DNA of 64,000 bases from Betaproteobacteria bacterium. Lineage in GTDB: Bacteria > Pseudomonadota > Gammaproteobacteria > Burkholderiales > JACQAP01. Location: contig JANLTJ010000054.1 of the NCBI GenBank assembly GCA_031362885.1, forward strand, positions 2,939 to 66,938, given 5' to 3'. Below are positions 55,322-64,000 of the stretch, one piece after another (positions within the stretch are counted from its first letter, which is position 1; every line of letters begins with the position of its first letter). The translations under genes were made by a program, and so were the position numbers. The notes under the pieces were generated by a model. It had not been told where the DNA came from. It did no database searches and saw nothing but the letters and a program-made list of their open reading frames with translations.

Positions 55322-56409
55322 TCAAGACGTTGTTTCGAAATATTGGCGCGGTCGCGTTGACGATGCTGGTCCCGGCTCTGGTCTGGGCGCAGGACAAAGC
55401 CAAATGGAATCTGCAGGAGCCGCAAACGTCGGTAGCGCAAGAGATGTACGACCTGCACACCATCGTGCTCGTTATCTGTCTGGTCATCTTCGTCGCCGTG
55501 TTCGGAGCGATGTTCTACTCGGTGATTTACCACCGCAAATCGGTGGGTCACAAGGCGGCAAACTTCCACGAAAACACAACCGTGGAACTGGCCTGGACCA
55601 TCATCCCGTTCTTCATTCTGATTGGCATGGCTTTCCCGGCTACCAAGGGCGTACTGGCGATGCGCGACACCTCATCGCCCGATATGACCATCAAGGTCAC
55701 AGGCTATCAGTGGAAATGGGGGTACGAATATCTGAAAGGCGAGGGCGATCTCGCTGGCGTAGCCGACGGCGTTCAGCTCTACAGTGTTCTTTCCACCCCG
55801 CAAGACCAGATTTACGGCAATGCGCCGAAAGGCGAACACTATCTGCTGGAAGTCGACGATCCGCTGGTCGTGCCGGTGGGCAAGAAAGTTCGCGTGCTGA
55901 TTACCGCGGGCGATGTTCTGCATGCCTGGTGGGTTCCGGCCTTCGGCGTCAAGCAGGACGCGGTGCCGGGCTTTATTCGCGACGCATGGTTCAAGGTGGA
56001 CAAGGCCGGTACCTATCGCGGCCAGTGCGCGGAGCTTTGCGGCAAGGAACATGGTTTCATGCCCATTGTTGTCAAGGCGGTCAGCGCTGAAGAGTTTGCC
56101 GCATGGGCTGGAGAGCGCAAGACTGCCGCCGCACCGGCTGGCTCGACGGCGATGGCCGCCGTCGCCGGAGGCAATGGCAAAGCAACCTACGACGGCAATT
56201 GCTCCGTATGCCATATGGCCGGGGTCGCGGGTGCGCCGAAATTGGGCGACAAGGCCGCGTGGGTGCCGCGAATCGCCACTGGCGCAAAGGCCTTACACGC
56301 AAGCGCCCTCAAGGGCAAGAACGCCATGCCTCCGAAGGGCGGCATGGTATCGCTGTCCGACGGCGACGTCATGGCGGCAGTGGACTACATGGTCAAGGCG
56401 GCCAAATAA
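55318..56409 (+). CDS. coxB: Cytochrome c oxidase subunit II with C-terminal cytochrome c domain
   Basis: 363 aa. The CuA site is H..CAELCGKEHGFM. The C-terminal haem motif is CSVCH. Confidence 0.95.
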   Translation: MIKTLFRNIGAVALTMLVPALVWAQDKAKWNLQEPQTSVAQEMYDLHTIVLVICLVIFVAVFGAMFYSVIYHRKSVGHKAANFHENTTVELAWTIIPFFILIGMAFPATKGVLAMRDTSSPDMTIKVTGYQWKWGYEYLKGEGDLAGVADGVQLYSVLSTPQDQIYGNAPKGEHYLLEVDDPLVVPVGKKVRVLITAGDVLHAWWVPAFGVKQDAVPGFIRDAWFKVDKAGTYRGQCAELCGKEHGFMPIVVKAVSAEEFAAWAGERKTAAAPAGSTAMAAVAGGNGKATYDGNCSVCHMAGVAGAPKLGDKAAWVPRIATGAKALHASALKGKNAMPPKGGMVSLSDGDVMAAVDYMVKAAK

Positions 56410-56467
56410 TGACTTTCAGGCTCGCAACGGCGCAGGGAAATTCGCAGTACATTGAGGAGAAGCAATC

Positions 56468-58057
56468 ATGAGCGCAGTCATTGACCACCATCACGACCAC
56501 GCGCACGGGCATGACTACCACGCCGGTGGCATCATGCGCTGGGTCAAGACCACGAATCACAAGGACATCGGCACCATGTACCTGTGGTTCAGTTTCATCA
56601 TGTTTCTCACCGGTGGCGCGATGGCAATGGTCATACGCGCCGAATTGTTCATGCCGGGCATGCAGGTGGTGCATCCCGAAGTATTCAATCAGATGACCAC
56701 ACTGCATGGTCTGATCATGGTGTTCGGCGCCATCATGCCGGCCTTCGTCGGCTTCGCGAACTGGCTGATTCCGATGCAGATCGGCGCGCCCGACATGGCA
56801 TTTCCGCGCATGAACAACTGGAGCTTCTGGCTGCTGCCGCCGGCCGCCCTGTTGCTCATGCTCTCGCTGGTGGTTCCCGGTGGAGCACCGGGCGTGGGTT
56901 GGACCTTGTATGCGCCTCTGACCATCCAGCAAGGTATGGGTATGGATCTGACGATTTTCGCGATCCACATCCTTGGTATGTCCTCGATCATGGGCTCGAT
57001 CAACATCGTCACCACCATCCTCAACCTGAGGGCACCGGGAATGACCTTGATGAAAATGCCGATGTTCGTGTGGACCTGGTTGATCACCGCTTATCTGTTG
57101 ATTGCGGTGATGCCGGTGCTGGCAGGCGCGGTGACCATGATCCTGACCGACCGGCATTTCGGCACGCATTTTTTTAACGCGGCCGGTGGCGGCGATCCGG
57201 TCTTGTTCCAGCACATATTCTGGTTCTTCGGCCACCCCGAGGTTTACATCATTGCGATTCCCGCATTCGGAGTCGTGTCCCAGGTCATTCCGGCTTTTTC
57301 ACGCAAGCCGTTGTTCGGCTATACCTCGATGGTTTATGCCGTGGCTTCGATTGCAATTCTGTCTTTCCTGGTGTGGGCTCACCACATGTACACCACAGGC
57401 CTGCCGGTAACCGGGCAGCTCTACTATATGTATGCGACCATGCTCATCGCGGTCCCGACCGGGGTGAAAGTGTTCAACTGGGTCGCGACCATGTGGAAGG
57501 GGTCGCTGAGTTTTGAAACACCGATGCTGTTCTCGGTCGGCTTCCTGTTTCTGTTCACTCTGGGCGGGTTCAGCGGATTGGTGCTTGCCATTGTCCCGGT
57601 TGATATTCAGCTCCACGATACTTATTACGTCGTCGCTCACTTTCACTATGTGATGGTGGCCGGTGCCTTGTTTTCCGCTTTCGCCGGAGTGTATTTCTGG
57701 CTGCCGAAATGGACTGGGCACATGTATGACGAAACTCTTGGAAAATGGCATTTCTGGCTTTCGATGATCTTCTTCAACATGATCTTCTTTGTGCAGCACT
57801 TTCTCGGATTGGCCGGAATGCCGCGCCGCATCCCGGACTATGCTCCGCAGTTCACCGATTTCAACATGATTTCGTCGATCGGCGCATTCGGATTCGGACT
57901 GTCGCAGTTGCTGTTCCTCTATGTGGTACTGAAATGCATTCGCAGTGGGGAGAAAGCGCCGCAGAAACCATGGGAGGGCGCCGATTCTCTGGAATGGACG
58001 CACCTGCCGACGCCGGCGCCGTATCACAGTTTTGAGACACCACCGACGATCAAGTAA
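56468..58057 (+). CDS. ctaD: Cytochrome c oxidase subunit I
   Basis: 529 aa with canonical haem-copper oxidase motifs (WFFGHPEVY, ..HHMY.., ..HFHYV..). Confidence 0.97.
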   Translation: MSAVIDHHHDHAHGHDYHAGGIMRWVKTTNHKDIGTMYLWFSFIMFLTGGAMAMVIRAELFMPGMQVVHPEVFNQMTTLHGLIMVFGAIMPAFVGFANWLIPMQIGAPDMAFPRMNNWSFWLLPPAALLLMLSLVVPGGAPGVGWTLYAPLTIQQGMGMDLTIFAIHILGMSSIMGSINIVTTILNLRAPGMTLMKMPMFVWTWLITAYLLIAVMPVLAGAVTMILTDRHFGTHFFNAAGGGDPVLFQHIFWFFGHPEVYIIAIPAFGVVSQVIPAFSRKPLFGYTSMVYAVASIAILSFLVWAHHMYTTGLPVTGQLYYMYATMLIAVPTGVKVFNWVATMWKGSLSFETPMLFSVGFLFLFTLGGFSGLVLAIVPVDIQLHDTYYVVAHFHYVMVAGALFSAFAGVYFWLPKWTGHMYDETLGKWHFWLSMIFFNMIFFVQHFLGLAGMPRRIPDYAPQFTDFNMISSIGAFGFGLSQLLFLYVVLKCIRSGEKAPQKPWEGADSLEWTHLPTPAPYHSFETPPTIK

Positions 58058-58084
58058 TCCAGAGCCGGCAAAGAATTTTCAGTC

Positions 58085-58198
58085 ATGGATGAGCAGCAGG
58101 CAAGCCGGCTCAAAGCCAGAAACATCAGAACGGGTTTGATTCTGATCTCTCTGGCATTGGCCTTTTTTGCAGGGATGATTTTGCGGCGCATGCCATGA
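58085..58198 (+). CDS. Small single-TM protein (cytochrome oxidase small assembly protein-like), below the ORF-track size cutoff
   Basis: Hand-translated as MDEQQASRLKARNIRTGLILISLALAFFAGMILRRMP* (37 aa). Its TGA overlaps the ctaG ATG (ATGA). Small genes of this kind occupy this position in related cox operons. Confidence 0.6.
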   Translation: MDEQQASRLKARNIRTGLILISLALAFFAGMILRRMP

Positions 58199-58758
58199 AT
58201 CTAAAGGCGGCAAATCGCGAAGTCCTGATCAAGCTGTTGATCGTGACCGTGGGAATGTTCGGTTTCGGCTACGCACTGGTGCCGCTGTACAAGAAGATAT
58301 GCGAAGTTACTGGTATCAACGAAGTAGAAAAAGCGGACGCCCCGCTGGCTAATACCCAGATCGACGCCAGCCGGCTGGTGTCGCTGGAGTTTGACGCCAA
58401 CGTGCGCAGCAATCTGCCCTGGAAGTTTCGTCCAATGCAGGTGAGTTTGAAGGTGCATCCCGGACAACTGGTGCAGGTCATGTACGAGGTGCGCAATGAT
58501 TCGGATCGCTCGATTACCGGACAGGCGATTCCGAGTTACGGACCGCAGATTGCGGGGCAGTATTTCCGGAAAATGGATTGCTTCTGTTTTGCGAAGCAGA
58601 ATTTTGCACCCGGAGAGGTGAGGCAGATGCCGGTCGTGTTCGTAATAGAGCCCGGTCTGCCGAAGGATGTGACCACGGTTACGCTTTCATACACTTTCTT
58701 TAATGTGGAAGCCGCGGCACCAACGGCGGCTAATGTCGTGTCTGACGGGGCCGGTTGA
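58195..58758 (+). CDS. ctaG: Cytochrome c oxidase assembly protein CtaG/Cox11
   Basis: 187 aa with an N-terminal TM and the copper-binding CFCF motif (MDCFCFAKQ). Confidence 0.92.
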   Translation: MNLKAANREVLIKLLIVTVGMFGFGYALVPLYKKICEVTGINEVEKADAPLANTQIDASRLVSLEFDANVRSNLPWKFRPMQVSLKVHPGQLVQVMYEVRNDSDRSITGQAIPSYGPQIAGQYFRKMDCFCFAKQNFAPGEVRQMPVVFVIEPGLPKDVTTVTLSYTFFNVEAAAPTAANVVSDGAG

Positions 58759-58774
58759 TCCGGCGCGGAAGATA

Positions 58775-58960
58775 GTGAAAGCATCACCGTTGCGCGTGTA
58801 CAAAACTGTGTTCTGGTCGTTCCTCGGGGTGCGCAAGGGCGCGGACAATCAGGATGATCTAGCCGGCATCACGCCGGTGCAGATAGTGGTTGCAGGAGTA
58901 ATCGGCGCGATTATTTTCGTCACCTCATTGATTACGCTGGTCAGCTTCATCGCCAGGTGA
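58775..58960 (+). CDS. DUF2970-family small membrane protein
   Basis: ..YKTVFWSFLGVRKGADNQDDLAGITPVQIVVAGVIGAIIFV.. GTG 58775 is preceded by GGAAGA. The longer track ORF (58703) overlaps ctaG. Confidence 0.6.
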   Translation: MKASPLRVYKTVFWSFLGVRKGADNQDDLAGITPVQIVVAGVIGAIIFVTSLITLVSFIAR

Positions 58961-59028
58961 GTTAAAGATGGAAACGATCTTTGGAGCCAACATACCGGAA
59001 CAATTGCGATAAATAGGGAGACTCACAA

Positions 59029-59880
59029 ATGCTTAGCCAATCTACCAGTTACTACCTGCCGCAACCGTCGCACTGGCCGGTCGTTGGATCGTGTGCGCTG
59101 TTCCTGATGACATTCGGTGGCGTGCTGTGGATGAACGGAATCGGATCAGGGCCATGGGTGACTCTGGCCGGGATGGCGACCATTGTCTACATGATGTTCG
59201 GTTGGTTCGGGACCGTCATTCGCGAAAGCGAGGGTGGAAAATACAACAAGCAAGTGGACCTCTCGTTCCGATGGAGCATGAGTTGGTTCATTTTCTCGGA
59301 AGTCATGTTTTTCGCTGTTTTTTTTGGCACGTTGTTTTATATGCGCGTACTGTCGGTGCCCGATCTCGCCAGCAGCGATACCATGGAGCAGCTTTGGCCC
59401 AGTTTCGCCGCCCAATGGCCGGTTTCCGGCCCGGGAATCGAAGAGACCTTCACCCATATGGGTGCGTGGGGAATACCGGCAATCAATACGCTGATTCTGC
59501 TGACGTCCGGAGCGACCGTGACCTGGGCACACTGGGCACTGAAGAAGAACAATCGCACACAGTTGATCGCGGGACTCTTCGCAACCGTGGCGCTGGGTAT
59601 CGTGTTTCTGTCGCTTCAGGCCTATGAGTACGTTCACGCCTATCGCGATTTGAATCTGACACTCGCCATGGGTGCATACGGCGCCACGTTTTTCATGCTG
59701 ACCGGGTTCCACGGATTTCACGTCACCGTCGGAACCATCATGCTGATCGTCATTCTGGGGCGGTCAATGGCCGGTCATTTCACCGCCGATCATCACTTCG
59801 CGTTTGAAGGGGTGTCGTGGTACTGGCACTTCGTTGATGTGGTCTGGTTACTGTTGTTCGTGCTCGTGTACTGGCTCTGA
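59029..59880 (+). CDS. coxC: Cytochrome c oxidase subunit III
   Basis: 283 aa with 7 TM segments. ..FFMLTGFHGFHVTVG.. and ..WYWHFVDVVWL. Confidence 0.95.
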   Translation: MLSQSTSYYLPQPSHWPVVGSCALFLMTFGGVLWMNGIGSGPWVTLAGMATIVYMMFGWFGTVIRESEGGKYNKQVDLSFRWSMSWFIFSEVMFFAVFFGTLFYMRVLSVPDLASSDTMEQLWPSFAAQWPVSGPGIEETFTHMGAWGIPAINTLILLTSGATVTWAHWALKKNNRTQLIAGLFATVALGIVFLSLQAYEYVHAYRDLNLTLAMGAYGATFFMLTGFHGFHVTVGTIMLIVILGRSMAGHFTADHHFAFEGVSWYWHFVDVVWLLLFVLVYWL

Positions 59881-59948
59881 AATCCGCTTTAACGAGCAGA
59901 AGAATAATAATTTGGAGAAGTCCCCCGTAGTGTTTGCTGGGACTATAG

Positions 59949-59976
59949 AGCCGCACCCGGGTGCGGCTGTTTTTTT
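59949..59976 (+). terminator. Rho-independent terminator after coxC
   Basis: AGCCGCAC-CCGG-GTGCGGCT forms an 8-bp stem with a 4-nt loop, followed by GTTTTTTTC. Confidence 0.7.
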
Positions 59977-60174
59977 CTAAAGCCCGGTTTTTGGAATGAT
60001 GCCGAAGTAATGTCCGAGCATCAACAGCAGGAACAGCGAGATGGAAAGTCCGACCCGTATCGTCAATGCCTTGACGGTGCGATCCGATTGTCCCTTGTCG
60101 CGAATCAAGTAGAACATCGCGGACCCCAAGCTGAGGATTATGAGGACCAGGAAGGCGATAATGATGATTCGCAT
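59977..60174 (-). CDS. Twin-TM small protein (DUF2909-like)
   Basis: 65 aa (MRIIIIAFLVLIILSLGSAMFYLIRDKGQSDRTVKALTIRVGLSISLFLLLMLGHYFGIIP..) with two TM helices. It is the only minus-strand gene inside the cox cluster. Confidence 0.6.
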   Translation of the reverse strand: MRIIIIAFLVLIILSLGSAMFYLIRDKGQSDRTVKALTIRVGLSISLFLLLMLGHYFGIIPKTGL

Positions 60175-60232
60175 TGCGGAAGATAGCGGGTTTTGTGTCA
60201 TGCAGTCTAAAGGATAAGCAGGACACTTCCAA

Positions 60233-60994
60233 ATGCGAGCGGATCCGATGCCGGCGACCTTGCAACGACGGCCACGCTGGTTGCCGCCACTGGCCGCCAT
60301 ACTCGGTGCCCTGCTGACGGCGGCGGCGGGAATCTGGCAACTGGATCGGGCTCACCAGAAGGAGCTTTTGCAGCAGGCGTATGAGCGCGCAGTGTCCGAT
60401 GCGCCGGTTCGTTTGACGCCGGCGCGTGTCGGCGTGGAGGATATACGTCTGAGGCGGGTCGAGGTCGAAGGCGAGTTCGTCCCGGATGCCATGGTGTTGC
60501 TCGACAACCGGATTCGCGCGGGCGTGGCGGGCTATGAGGTATTGATGCCGGTGAAAATTTGCGGATCTTCCATGCATGTGCTGGTCAATCGCGGTTGGGT
60601 CGCGGCAGGGGCACAGCGCTCCATTTTGCCTGACGTCATTACGCCCGGATCTGCCATCAAGGTGACCGGCATGGCGATAGTCCCCGGGCGCTTTATCGAG
60701 CTTGCGACAGTCGACGACGGCGGCCGGGTTTGGCAGAACCTGACTATTGAGCGCTTTGTTGCGCGCAGCGGTCTTGCGATTCAGCCGCTGGTGGTGCAGC
60801 AGGACAACGATCTGGGGGACGGACTGTTGCGCGCGTGGCCGCGCCTGGACTTTGGTATCGACAAGCATTACGGCTACGCCGGGCAATGGTTCCTGTTTTG
60901 TGCGTTAATTGTTTTTCTATCCCTATTTTTTCATGTCAAACGTTCCCGATCGGAAACACGCCAGGAGAATGCTTCTGCTCCTGGGAGCAATTAG
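60233..60994 (+). CDS. SURF1-family cytochrome oxidase biogenesis protein
   Basis: 253 aa with N- and C-terminal TM segments. ..GIWQLDRAHQKE.. and ..LVNRGWV.. are SURF1 motifs. Confidence 0.85.
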   Translation: MRADPMPATLQRRPRWLPPLAAILGALLTAAAGIWQLDRAHQKELLQQAYERAVSDAPVRLTPARVGVEDIRLRRVEVEGEFVPDAMVLLDNRIRAGVAGYEVLMPVKICGSSMHVLVNRGWVAAGAQRSILPDVITPGSAIKVTGMAIVPGRFIELATVDDGGRVWQNLTIERFVARSGLAIQPLVVQQDNDLGDGLLRAWPRLDFGIDKHYGYAGQWFLFCALIVFLSLFFHVKRSRSETRQENASAPGSN

Positions 60995-61544
60995 TCTGGC
61001 GCCCTTTGTCGGTTCGGCGCTGCTTTATTTTTTCTGGAAGCCACAAGGGTTTACCAACTATGGCGAACTGATCGCCGTGGTTCCGCTGGCCGAAATGAGT
61101 GCGCGCACGAGGGGCGGCAAGCTATTTCGCTTCGATGAACTGCGCGGCAGTTGGACGTTTCTGATGGTCGACGCGGGTGGCTGCAACGAGTACTGCCGGT
61201 CGAAGTTATACCTCATGCGCCAGATACGCCTGACTCAGGGCAAGGATCAAAAGCGCATTGAGCGCGTCTGGCTGATAGACGACGCAGTGCCGGCGGCGGC
61301 GGAAACTGAAACAGAATATCGAGGCACACGTACCATTGTGCTGGACGCGCAGGATTTTCTCGCCCGTTTGCCTGCCGTGCGCTCGCCGCGTGACCACATC
61401 TACGTGATCGATCCATTCGGGAATCTGATGATGCGGTTTCCCCGGGATGTTGATCCGCAGAAAATGAAAAGAGATGTCAGCAAGTTGATGAAGATATCCG
61501 GCGGATGGGTTCAGACGGGTGAAAAGGTGCAGGATGGAAAATGA
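60933..61544 (+). CDS. Membrane-anchored thioredoxin/SCO-like protein of the cox cluster (CxxxC)
   Basis: 203 aa from ATG 60933 with one TM. WTFLMVDAGGCNEYC resembles the SCO motif FGFTHCPDVC seen in the SCO gene at 63582. The 5' end overlaps the SURF1 3' end, so the start is uncertain. Confidence 0.5.
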   Translation: MSNVPDRKHARRMLLLLGAISLAPFVGSALLYFFWKPQGFTNYGELIAVVPLAEMSARTRGGKLFRFDELRGSWTFLMVDAGGCNEYCRSKLYLMRQIRLTQGKDQKRIERVWLIDDAVPAAAETETEYRGTRTIVLDAQDFLARLPAVRSPRDHIYVIDPFGNLMMRFPRDVDPQKMKRDVSKLMKISGGWVQTGEKVQDGK

Positions 61545-62662
61545 GTAATCCGGAAGTCTGGCAATTTTCTCTCGAAGGCCTGCATGCGCTGGTATGGGCG
61601 GTCGTGCTGCTGCTTGCGCTCTTTGTGTTTTCCCGCGGGTTAACGCTGCGCAAGCTGACAGTGGTTACATTGCTGGCGACTTTGGTGCTGGTGATGCTCG
61701 GGGCGTATGTGCGTCTGACCAACGCCGGACTGGGATGTCCGGATTGGCCGGGGTGCTACGGAAAGCTGTCGCCCTCCCACGCCACGGAACAAATCCAGGC
61801 GGCGCGCAGTGTGGCCCCGGACGGGCCGGTATCGCTGCCGAAAGCCTGGCGCGAAATGGCTCATCGATATCTGGCGTCACTGGTGGGCGTCATGGTTCTG
61901 GCCATCGCGATCCAGACACTGATCATGCGCCGCAAGAGATTTGCCGACCCGAGTGATCCCGCCGTAAAGATTGGCCTTCCGCTGCTGCTTGTTGTGGTCG
62001 TTGCATTGCAGGGATTGCTCGGAAAATGGACCGTGACTCTTCTGCTCCAACCGGCAATCGTTACGCTGCACTTGCTGGGCGGCATGACGCTGGTGGCCCT
62101 GTTGGCTTGGCTCTGCGCACGCCATCTGCGACTGTCGGGCGGCCCAACGTCGGTCCTGCGAGAAATCCGGTGGTGCGCTACGTTCGGTTTGATCGTGCTA
62201 GGCATTCAGATCGCGCTCGGCGGATGGGTCAGCACGAATTATGCCGCGCTGGCTTGTGTGGACTTTCCTACCTGCCACGGAAGCTGGAAGCCCGCCATGG
62301 ATTTCGGTCATGGATTCCAGTTCCTGCGTGATCTGGGTCTGACCGCCGATGGCCAGCCGCTATCCAATGAAGCGTTGAATGCGATCCATTGGACGCATCG
62401 CTTCGGTGCCCTGGTGACCTTTGTGACCTTGATCTATGTCGCCCATCGCACCCGTCAGGCGCGCAATTTGCGCGGGATCAGCGCTCTGATGCTGGCGCTC
62501 TTGATGGTTCAGGTAACCCTGGGGATCGTCAATGTCCTGGGCAGCCTGCCGTTGCCGGTGGCAGTTGCGCACAACGGCGTCGCCGGGCTGTTACTCGTCG
62601 TACTGGTGATGCTACACTTTGCCACCCGCTCACCCTCCCGCTCGTCTCTATTCGGCAACTGA
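61541..62662 (+). CDS. ctaA: Haem A synthase (COX15/CtaA)
   Basis: 373 aa with 8 TM segments. Conserved His residues (..MAHRYLA.., ..TLHLLGG.., ..IHWTHRFGA.., ..VAHNGVAG..) and the CPDWPGC motif. Confidence 0.9.
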   Translation: MSNPEVWQFSLEGLHALVWAVVLLLALFVFSRGLTLRKLTVVTLLATLVLVMLGAYVRLTNAGLGCPDWPGCYGKLSPSHATEQIQAARSVAPDGPVSLPKAWREMAHRYLASLVGVMVLAIAIQTLIMRRKRFADPSDPAVKIGLPLLLVVVVALQGLLGKWTVTLLLQPAIVTLHLLGGMTLVALLAWLCARHLRLSGGPTSVLREIRWCATFGLIVLGIQIALGGWVSTNYAALACVDFPTCHGSWKPAMDFGHGFQFLRDLGLTADGQPLSNEALNAIHWTHRFGALVTFVTLIYVAHRTRQARNLRGISALMLALLMVQVTLGIVNVLGSLPLPVAVAHNGVAGLLLVVLVMLHFATRSPSRSSLFGN

Positions 62663-63571
62663 ATGTCGGTTTCCCTTCTATCCGGAAATAACAACGCGCG
62701 CCTGCACCAATTTCTGCAGCTCGCCAAACCGCGCGTTGTATCCCTGATTGTTTTTACGGCGGTCATCGGCATGTTTCTCGCAGTGCCAGGTGCACAATTG
62801 TTGTCTCCGCATTTCTGGACGGCGGCCGTGTTTGCAACCTTGGGCATCGCGCTGGTGGCCGGCTCCGCAGCGGCGATAAATTGCCTGGTGGAACAGAAAA
62901 TCGATGCCGTGATGGCCCGTACCCGCGCCAGACCACTGCCGATGGGCACCATTACATCCCGTGAAACAGCGCTCTTCTCCTGCGCGGTTGGCGGCACCGG
63001 ATTGTTCCTTCTCTATTTTCTGGTCAATCCCCTGACCATGTGGCTGACGCTGGCGACCTTCGTCGGATATGCGGTAATTTACACCGTGGTGCTCAAGCCG
63101 CTTACTCCCCAAAATATCGTCATTGGCGGTGCCTCTGGTGCCATGCCACCGGTGCTGGGCTGGGCCGCCGTAACCGGTGGCGTGGCGCCCGATGCGTTAT
63201 TGCTTTTCCTCATCATCTTTGCCTGGACACCGCCGCATTTCTGGGCGCTGGCTCTATACCGCAAGAAGGAGTATGCAAGTGCCGGAATCCCGATGCTGCC
63301 GGTGACGCACGGTGATCGATTTACGCGCCTGCATGTCCTCTTGTATACCGTGGTTCTGGTCGCGGTATCCATGCTGCCTTTCTCCACGCGCATGAGCGGT
63401 CTGATCTACGTCGCGGCCGCCGCAGGCTTGGGGGCGGTGTTTATGGTCTACGCCATTCGCATCTGTTTTTCCTATAGCGATGAGTTGGCCAGGAAGACAT
63501 TTCGCTATTCGATCTTTTACCTTTCAGCGCTCTTTGCAGCACTTCTGGTCGATCACTACCTGCCGTTCTGA
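62663..63571 (+). CDS. cyoE: Protohaem IX farnesyltransferase (haem O synthase)
   Basis: 302 aa. UbiA-family motifs (..[20 protein letters not shown].., ..[13 protein letters not shown]..). Confidence 0.95.
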   Translation: MSVSLLSGNNNARLHQFLQLAKPRVVSLIVFTAVIGMFLAVPGAQLLSPHFWTAAVFATLGIALVAGSAAAINCLVEQKIDAVMARTRARPLPMGTITSRETALFSCAVGGTGLFLLYFLVNPLTMWLTLATFVGYAVIYTVVLKPLTPQNIVIGGASGAMPPVLGWAAVTGGVAPDALLLFLIIFAWTPPHFWALALYRKKEYASAGIPMLPVTHGDRFTRLHVLLYTVVLVAVSMLPFSTRMSGLIYVAAAAGLGAVFMVYAIRICFSYSDELARKTFRYSIFYLSALFAALLVDHYLPF

Positions 63572-63581
63572 CCCGAGCGGA

Positions 63582-64000
63582 ATGCGGGCCATCGTCGGGC
63601 TGACCCTTGTCGTGATCGGTTTCCTACGCATCGCCGTGCTGGGTATCGCGGGCATCCTTGCCGGCTGCCAGACGCAACAAGAGGGCTTTCAATCCACGGA
63701 TATTACGGGTGCAGATTTCGGCAGGGGATTTTCCCTGCCCGACCACAACGGCAAGCAGCGAACGCTGGAAGATTTTCGCGGTCAGGTGGTGGTTGTGTTT
63801 TTCGGCTTCACCCACTGTCCGGATGTTTGTCCAACCACGCTGGCGGAACTGGCTGGTGCAGTCCGGAAACTGGGGCCCACAGGTGAAAAAGTGCAGGTAT
63901 TGCTGGTGACCGTCGATCCCGCGCGCGATACACCTGAGTTGCTGGCGAAGTATGTCACCGCTTTCAATCCGGGATTCCTTGCACTGCGCGGCAGCACTGA
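63582..64000 (+). CDS. SCO1/SenC-family copper chaperone (3' end beyond the window)
   Basis: Hand-translated as MRAIVGLTLVVIGFLRIAVLGIAGILAGCQ.. (lipobox) then ..DFRGQVVVVFFGFTHCPDVCPTTLAEL... The frame is open to the window end, and it is absent from the ORF track because no stop is reached. Confidence 0.9.
   Translation, partial: MRAIVGLTLVVIGFLRIAVLGIAGILAGCQTQQEGFQSTDITGADFGRGFSLPDHNGKQRTLEDFRGQVVVVFFGFTHCPDVCPTTLAELAGAVRKLGPTGEKVQVLLVTVDPARDTPELLAKYVTAFNPGFLALRGST

Noticed and set aside
59780-60886. 368-aa minus-strand ORF across coxC, the DUF2909 gene and SURF1
   Set aside because: It overlaps three better-supported genes on both strands, and its composition is typical of non-coding frames.

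Overview
This 64-kb window reads as core chromosome of a beta-proteobacterium-like organism. The basis is gene order such as dacC-dat-ybeD-lipB-lipA, rhodanese-grxC-secB-gpsA and argB-HAD-slmA, plus about 60% GC by eye. I call about 75 CDS. I found no rRNA, tRNA, CRISPR array, transposase or integrase. The blocks are:

1. 84-11898: a co-directional, translationally coupled LPS/O-antigen cluster. It holds a CapD-type dehydratase, an O-antigen ligase, several glycosyltransferases, an FkbM methyltransferase, a GT2-methyltransferase fusion, a chimeric gene fossil and a heptosyltransferase.
2. tlpA, then lipA-lipB-ybeD-dat-dacC.
3. 16.5-19.3 kb: a PCu(A)C copper chaperone convergent with a bufferin-like RiPP operon. 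The operon has a 6-Cys secreted precursor, a DUF692/MNIO enzyme, a DUF2063 partner and a zf-HC2 protein. This is the most interesting locus in the window.
4. hsp20, argB, a HAD nucleotidase, slmA, moeB, ctpA-envC-gpmA.
5. A PglL/Wzy_C-type ligase, rhodanese-grxC-secB-SH3-gpsA, and trmL.
6. 32.7-50.1 kb: a 17-gene MSHA-type type IV pilus cluster in a permuted order, including a 1230-aa MshQ.
7. comF and bioBFCD.
8. An aa3-type cytochrome c oxidase operon with a full assembly set, running off the window end in an SCO gene.

All calls rest on reading the supplied translations and the nucleotide text and on recalled family motifs. No BLAST or HMM search was run. Start codons are often ambiguous and several were re-assigned by hand.
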